From: Rubripirellula sp.
GTDB taxonomy: Bacteria > Planctomycetota > Planctomycetia > Pirellulales > Pirellulaceae
Direction: 5' to 3'
Assembly (NCBI GenBank): GCA_965216875.1
Contig: OZ244207.1
Span: 832,001-896,000, forward strand
DNA length: 64,000 bases
Below, in pieces: positions 62,001 through 64,000 of the stretch. The notes beneath the pieces are model-generated. The model saw only the letters and a list, made by a program, of their open reading frames with translations. It was not told the DNA's origin and made no database searches. Positions within the stretch are counted from its first letter, which is position 1; every line of letters begins with the position of its first letter. Made by a program: the position numbers and the translations under genes.

Positions 62001-63317
62001 GTCTTCGTCCGGGGAGGCGTCGAGCTGGTTTTCGTCGGCGAGCAGATTGATGGTTGGGCCGCTGCCCATCGCGATCAGTTCGCCTTCGATCGTCACTGCG
62101 AACAACATGCCGCTGGCGACAATCAAGCGTTCAATTTTGCCTCGGTCAAAAGCAACCTTCCGAGCAATCGTGGCTTTGCGTCGATTCTTTGAAAGATCGA
62201 TTTGCGTGATCGAGTCCGCTCCGGCAGCGACCAGCGAGTCGCCGGCGAGGACGAGGTCGCCGGTCCCATCGACCTCGAGTTCCCAGACGAGTTTTTGTTT
62301 TCGGTCGTATGCCCGAACGTAATGCTTTTCTTCTTCCGATTGCGCTGAAAAGACCAGCTCGCCAGCTAGGACCGGTTCGGCGGGCATGAACGCTGTCTTG
62401 ACGCCGTCTGCGATTCGAAACGCTCGCGTTCCTTTGTGCCGCGTGTGGACGTAAAAGTGCTGGTCATCCGCGCAGACGAACGAGCCGCCGGTTCCTTTGC
62501 CGCCCGCGTTGATTTCAAAGTACTGAAACTCGCCCGTCGCACGGTCAAAAGCCGCGGGCACGCTACGGCCACCAGGAACAAGCAACGTCTTCTGCGTCGC
62601 GACCAACGCACCCTGCGGCGCGACTCCGGCGAACGACGGCGCGCTGTGAGGCTGTTTGATGTATTGCGAACCGGTGTGATCGTTTACCCAAAGCGCGCGC
62701 CCGGATTCGACATCGAGTGCGTAGACGAACGTCCCCATGAAAGGCCAAATGCTGGCTGCGAAGTAGACGGCGTCGTCACGGATCACCGGGCCGCCACGGG
62801 CAGGCCAAGCCGACGCGATCCTGCGGTTCCCGATGGCGAGTTGCGAGGAGGGGGCGCCCCGAAATTTCCAATTCAGTTTTCCGGTCTTTGCATCGACACA
62901 GTACAGGTGCCCATCGTCGCTGCAAAAACAAACCCGATCGCCTGATCCGGCCGGTGGCAGACGAATCGGCGCATCAGCAAAGAAGGTCCAGAGCTCTTTT
63001 CCTGTTTTCGCATCGAGGGCAACGAGTTTGTCGGCGTCGTTAAAGCCAACGAACATCCGTCCTGATAAAACGATCGGTTCGAAGACGCGATCGTAGGTCA
63101 TCAGGTCGAGGTTCAGCGGATCGTCCCACGCTTGAACGCGCGCGGTGAGTTTGCGCGACCAGACGACATTCAACTCTTTGGGCAGCACGTTGTCGGATGC
63201 GGCGCTACGGCTGGCGTCATACCGCCACATCGGCCAATCGTCTGTGGCAGTGGCGTGAGACGATGTGGCGCAACAGAAGCCAAAAACCATCGAGGCTGCG
63301 AGCAACCAAGCTTTCAT
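59031..63317 (-). CDS. Large exported protein: PQQ propeller - methyltransferase-like - PQQ propeller - malectin-like domain with inserted beta-sandwich
   Basis: DWPMWRYDASRS, WPARGGP, LRPYGG, WTHQYG..AN, RAYGCN, TCSCAY, INFGAAGDR. Confidence 0.88.
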   Translation of the reverse strand: MKAWLLAASMVFGFCCATSSHATATDDWPMWRYDASRSAASDNVLPKELNVVWSRKLTARVQAWDDPLNLDLMTYDRVFEPIVLSGRMFVGFNDADKLVALDAKTGKELWTFFADAPIRLPPAGSGDRVCFCSDDGHLYCVDAKTGKLNWKFRGAPSSQLAIGNRRIASAWPARGGPVIRDDAVYFAASIWPFMGTFVYALDVESGRALWVNDHTGSQYIKQPHSAPSFAGVAPQGALVATQKTLLVPGGRSVPAAFDRATGEFQYFEINAGGKGTGGSFVCADDQHFYVHTRHKGTRAFRIADGVKTAFMPAEPVLAGELVFSAQSEEEKHYVRAYDRKQKLVWELEVDGTGDLVLAGDSLVAAGADSITQIDLSKNRRKATIARKVAFDRGKIERLIVASGMLFAVTIEGELIAMGSGPTINLLADENQLDASPDEDAQKVVSQLTQLGDAEGYALWYGNWDSALLQALAFQSPFEQLAIVCSDNESVERGRQALDAAGLYGKVTLHHGDASSFQAPPYVANMIFVDASDRHVSNPDSLDTVYESLRPYGGTMVLLSQRNRGGLLKQIKGLDLSRARVAESELGVLVRRTGPLPGAADWTHQYGSIANTVKSDDSRVKLPLGILWFGGSSNMDVLPRHGHGPPEQVVGGRLFIQGMNSLSARDVYTGRVLWKRDFKDLGTFDVYYDSTYEDVPLNPKYNQVHIPGANARGTNFVVTPEHVYIVEGPVCHVLDPATGKTIGNFKIPQDGDGNQANWGYLGVYKNVLIGGSGFAMYRTRNGLNFPSDKDLKKSRAGFGSKSLDRAASASLIGWDRHSGEMLWKVDANHSFWHNGIVAGGGLVYCLDRNPKQVEAALLRRGKPPTEGYRIVAYDSQTGQQAWEVSENIFGTWLGYSEKQNALLQAGAKGSDRLYDEVDQGMAVYEAATGNLRWKNDGVRYLGPCILHNDLIITNANSYGQSAGAFYLSDGKPKLIPNPLTGQMQPWRITRAYGCNNVIASENFLTFRSGAAGFYDLQSKAGTGNLGGFKSGCTSNLIVANGVLNAPDYTRTCSCAYQNQTSLGLVHMPEVEMWTVNSAASLETQGEYFRQLGINFGAAGDRRDKDGLLWIEYPAVAGSSPPVTIHANKEATYFRKHASAASKSETPWIASSGIQGVTDLRIGMKLEGEFTMRSGIPIQHADDDAEESESGAVDRISSDLELVEDIEDQVVGLRFTDINLNAKSKIKSAYIQFTCDETSNEPTSLQVSAEDTGNSERFSGDKHDLSSRSRTTTEVQWNPPPWNKRYEATEIHRTPNLAPLIREIIKREDWKPGNAISFLITGSGKRVAVSSKTGVERSPKLFIDAEPARDDDPSKPKRRYNIELRFGPSPATFDVKMNGKPIGERLHVDANSPREIRQLIEDVAIGDELHLQIETVSGEPVLNGVSIKAR

Positions 63318-63367
63318 GTTGAGGACCGAGCGAGGGGCTGTGATTCGATTCCGTCGAGTTGCGATCG

Positions 63368-63431
63368 AGTCGCCTGTTGTTTGGAAAAAGTTGCGTTTGT
63401 GGACGCACGTTTCGCGGAGCGAAAAGCGACT
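63368..63431. repeat. REP-like doublet of the TTTCGCTCCGCGAAA family (left arm decayed)
   Basis: tttcgcggagcgaaaagcgact is the inverse of 24557-24578; both sites share aaagttgcgtt. Confidence 0.65.
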
Positions 63432-63484
63432 TTCTTAGAATCGCAGCCTAGGAGGGAGGAAGGGGGAGGGGGGTAGTGGAGAGA

Positions 63485-63982
63485 TTAGATTGGTTTGCGG
63501 TTTTTGTTCATTTCCCAGCCTTCGCTCTTTTCTTTCGCGTACACACGTTTGCCGTCGCGAACTGCGTGAGAGCGAGGTGAGGTGTCCCAGTTCTTTGCGT
63601 CGCCTTCTTTGATCACTTCTTGCACATCGTCAACCGTGATGTCGTGCAGAGCGGCGAAGCGATTGAGTTCGCGATCGTACGTCTTTTGAAGCATGACTTC
63701 CAAGTTCTTGCGGATCTTCGTCCCCTGCGGAAGGGCAAGCGGTTTTTCAACTGTCGTCCGAGCAACCTTGCGGTAGTCGTCATAAATGCGCTTCCGTTGC
63801 TCTTCGGGAAGATTCACGACTCGGAATTCTTCTGGCTCGAGCGGTTTGATTGTGTCTTCGGGTTCGACCGCAACCGGTTCGGGCGATTCGCGATTGAGCA
63901 CGACAACCGCGACGCCCATGATCGCAACCATGAAAATGAACGCGCCTGCCAAAACACCGGCAATGAGGACGGTGTTGGACAC
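63485..63982 (-). CDS. Hypothetical protein with N-terminal TM anchor
   Basis: 165-aa ORF with GTG start, hydrophobic N-terminus and charged helical body. Confidence 0.75.
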   Translation of the reverse strand: MSNTVLIAGVLAGAFIFMVAIMGVAVVVLNRESPEPVAVEPEDTIKPLEPEEFRVVNLPEEQRKRIYDDYRKVARTTVEKPLALPQGTKIRKNLEVMLQKTYDRELNRFAALHDITVDDVQEVIKEGDAKNWDTSPRSHAVRDGKRVYAKEKSEGWEMNKNRKPI

Positions 63983-64000
63983 GGACGATTCATCATCGTC

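Overview
Chromosomal window from a Planctomycetota bacterium, probably Pirellulaceae-like. The assignment is inferred from a Planc_extracel-type RIERLEQRAMLA N-terminal motif, a DUF1501 plus DUF1549/DUF1553 pair, a Minf_1886-family gene, two sulfatases and two large Hanks kinases. About 45 CDS are present, many predicted to be exported. They include a partial FG-GAP-repeat surface protein missing from the ORF track, two Ser/Thr kinases, a TonB-dependent receptor, NhaA, a lipoprotein-YHYH pair, a PhoD/PhoD-like/lactonase/Gfo-Idh-MocA cluster, oxyR-katG, a lipoprotein MsrB, pcp, thiS-thiG, RicT, a NupG-type MFS transporter, ltaE and two PQQ-propeller proteins. There is one tRNA-Arg(TCT). I saw no integrase, transposase, CRISPR array or rRNA. 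Intergenic gaps hold at least five distinct REP-like palindrome families; some are nested and some supply the stop codon of the adjacent gene. The best candidates for uncharacterised systems are the surface protein/kinase/TonB receptor trio (1-7552), the small peptide-lipoprotein-YHYH unit (9143-11160), the cytochrome c DUF1553-DUF1501-flavoprotein operon (50965-57355) and the giant PQQ-propeller protein (59031-63317). All family calls are by eye from motifs; no searches were run.
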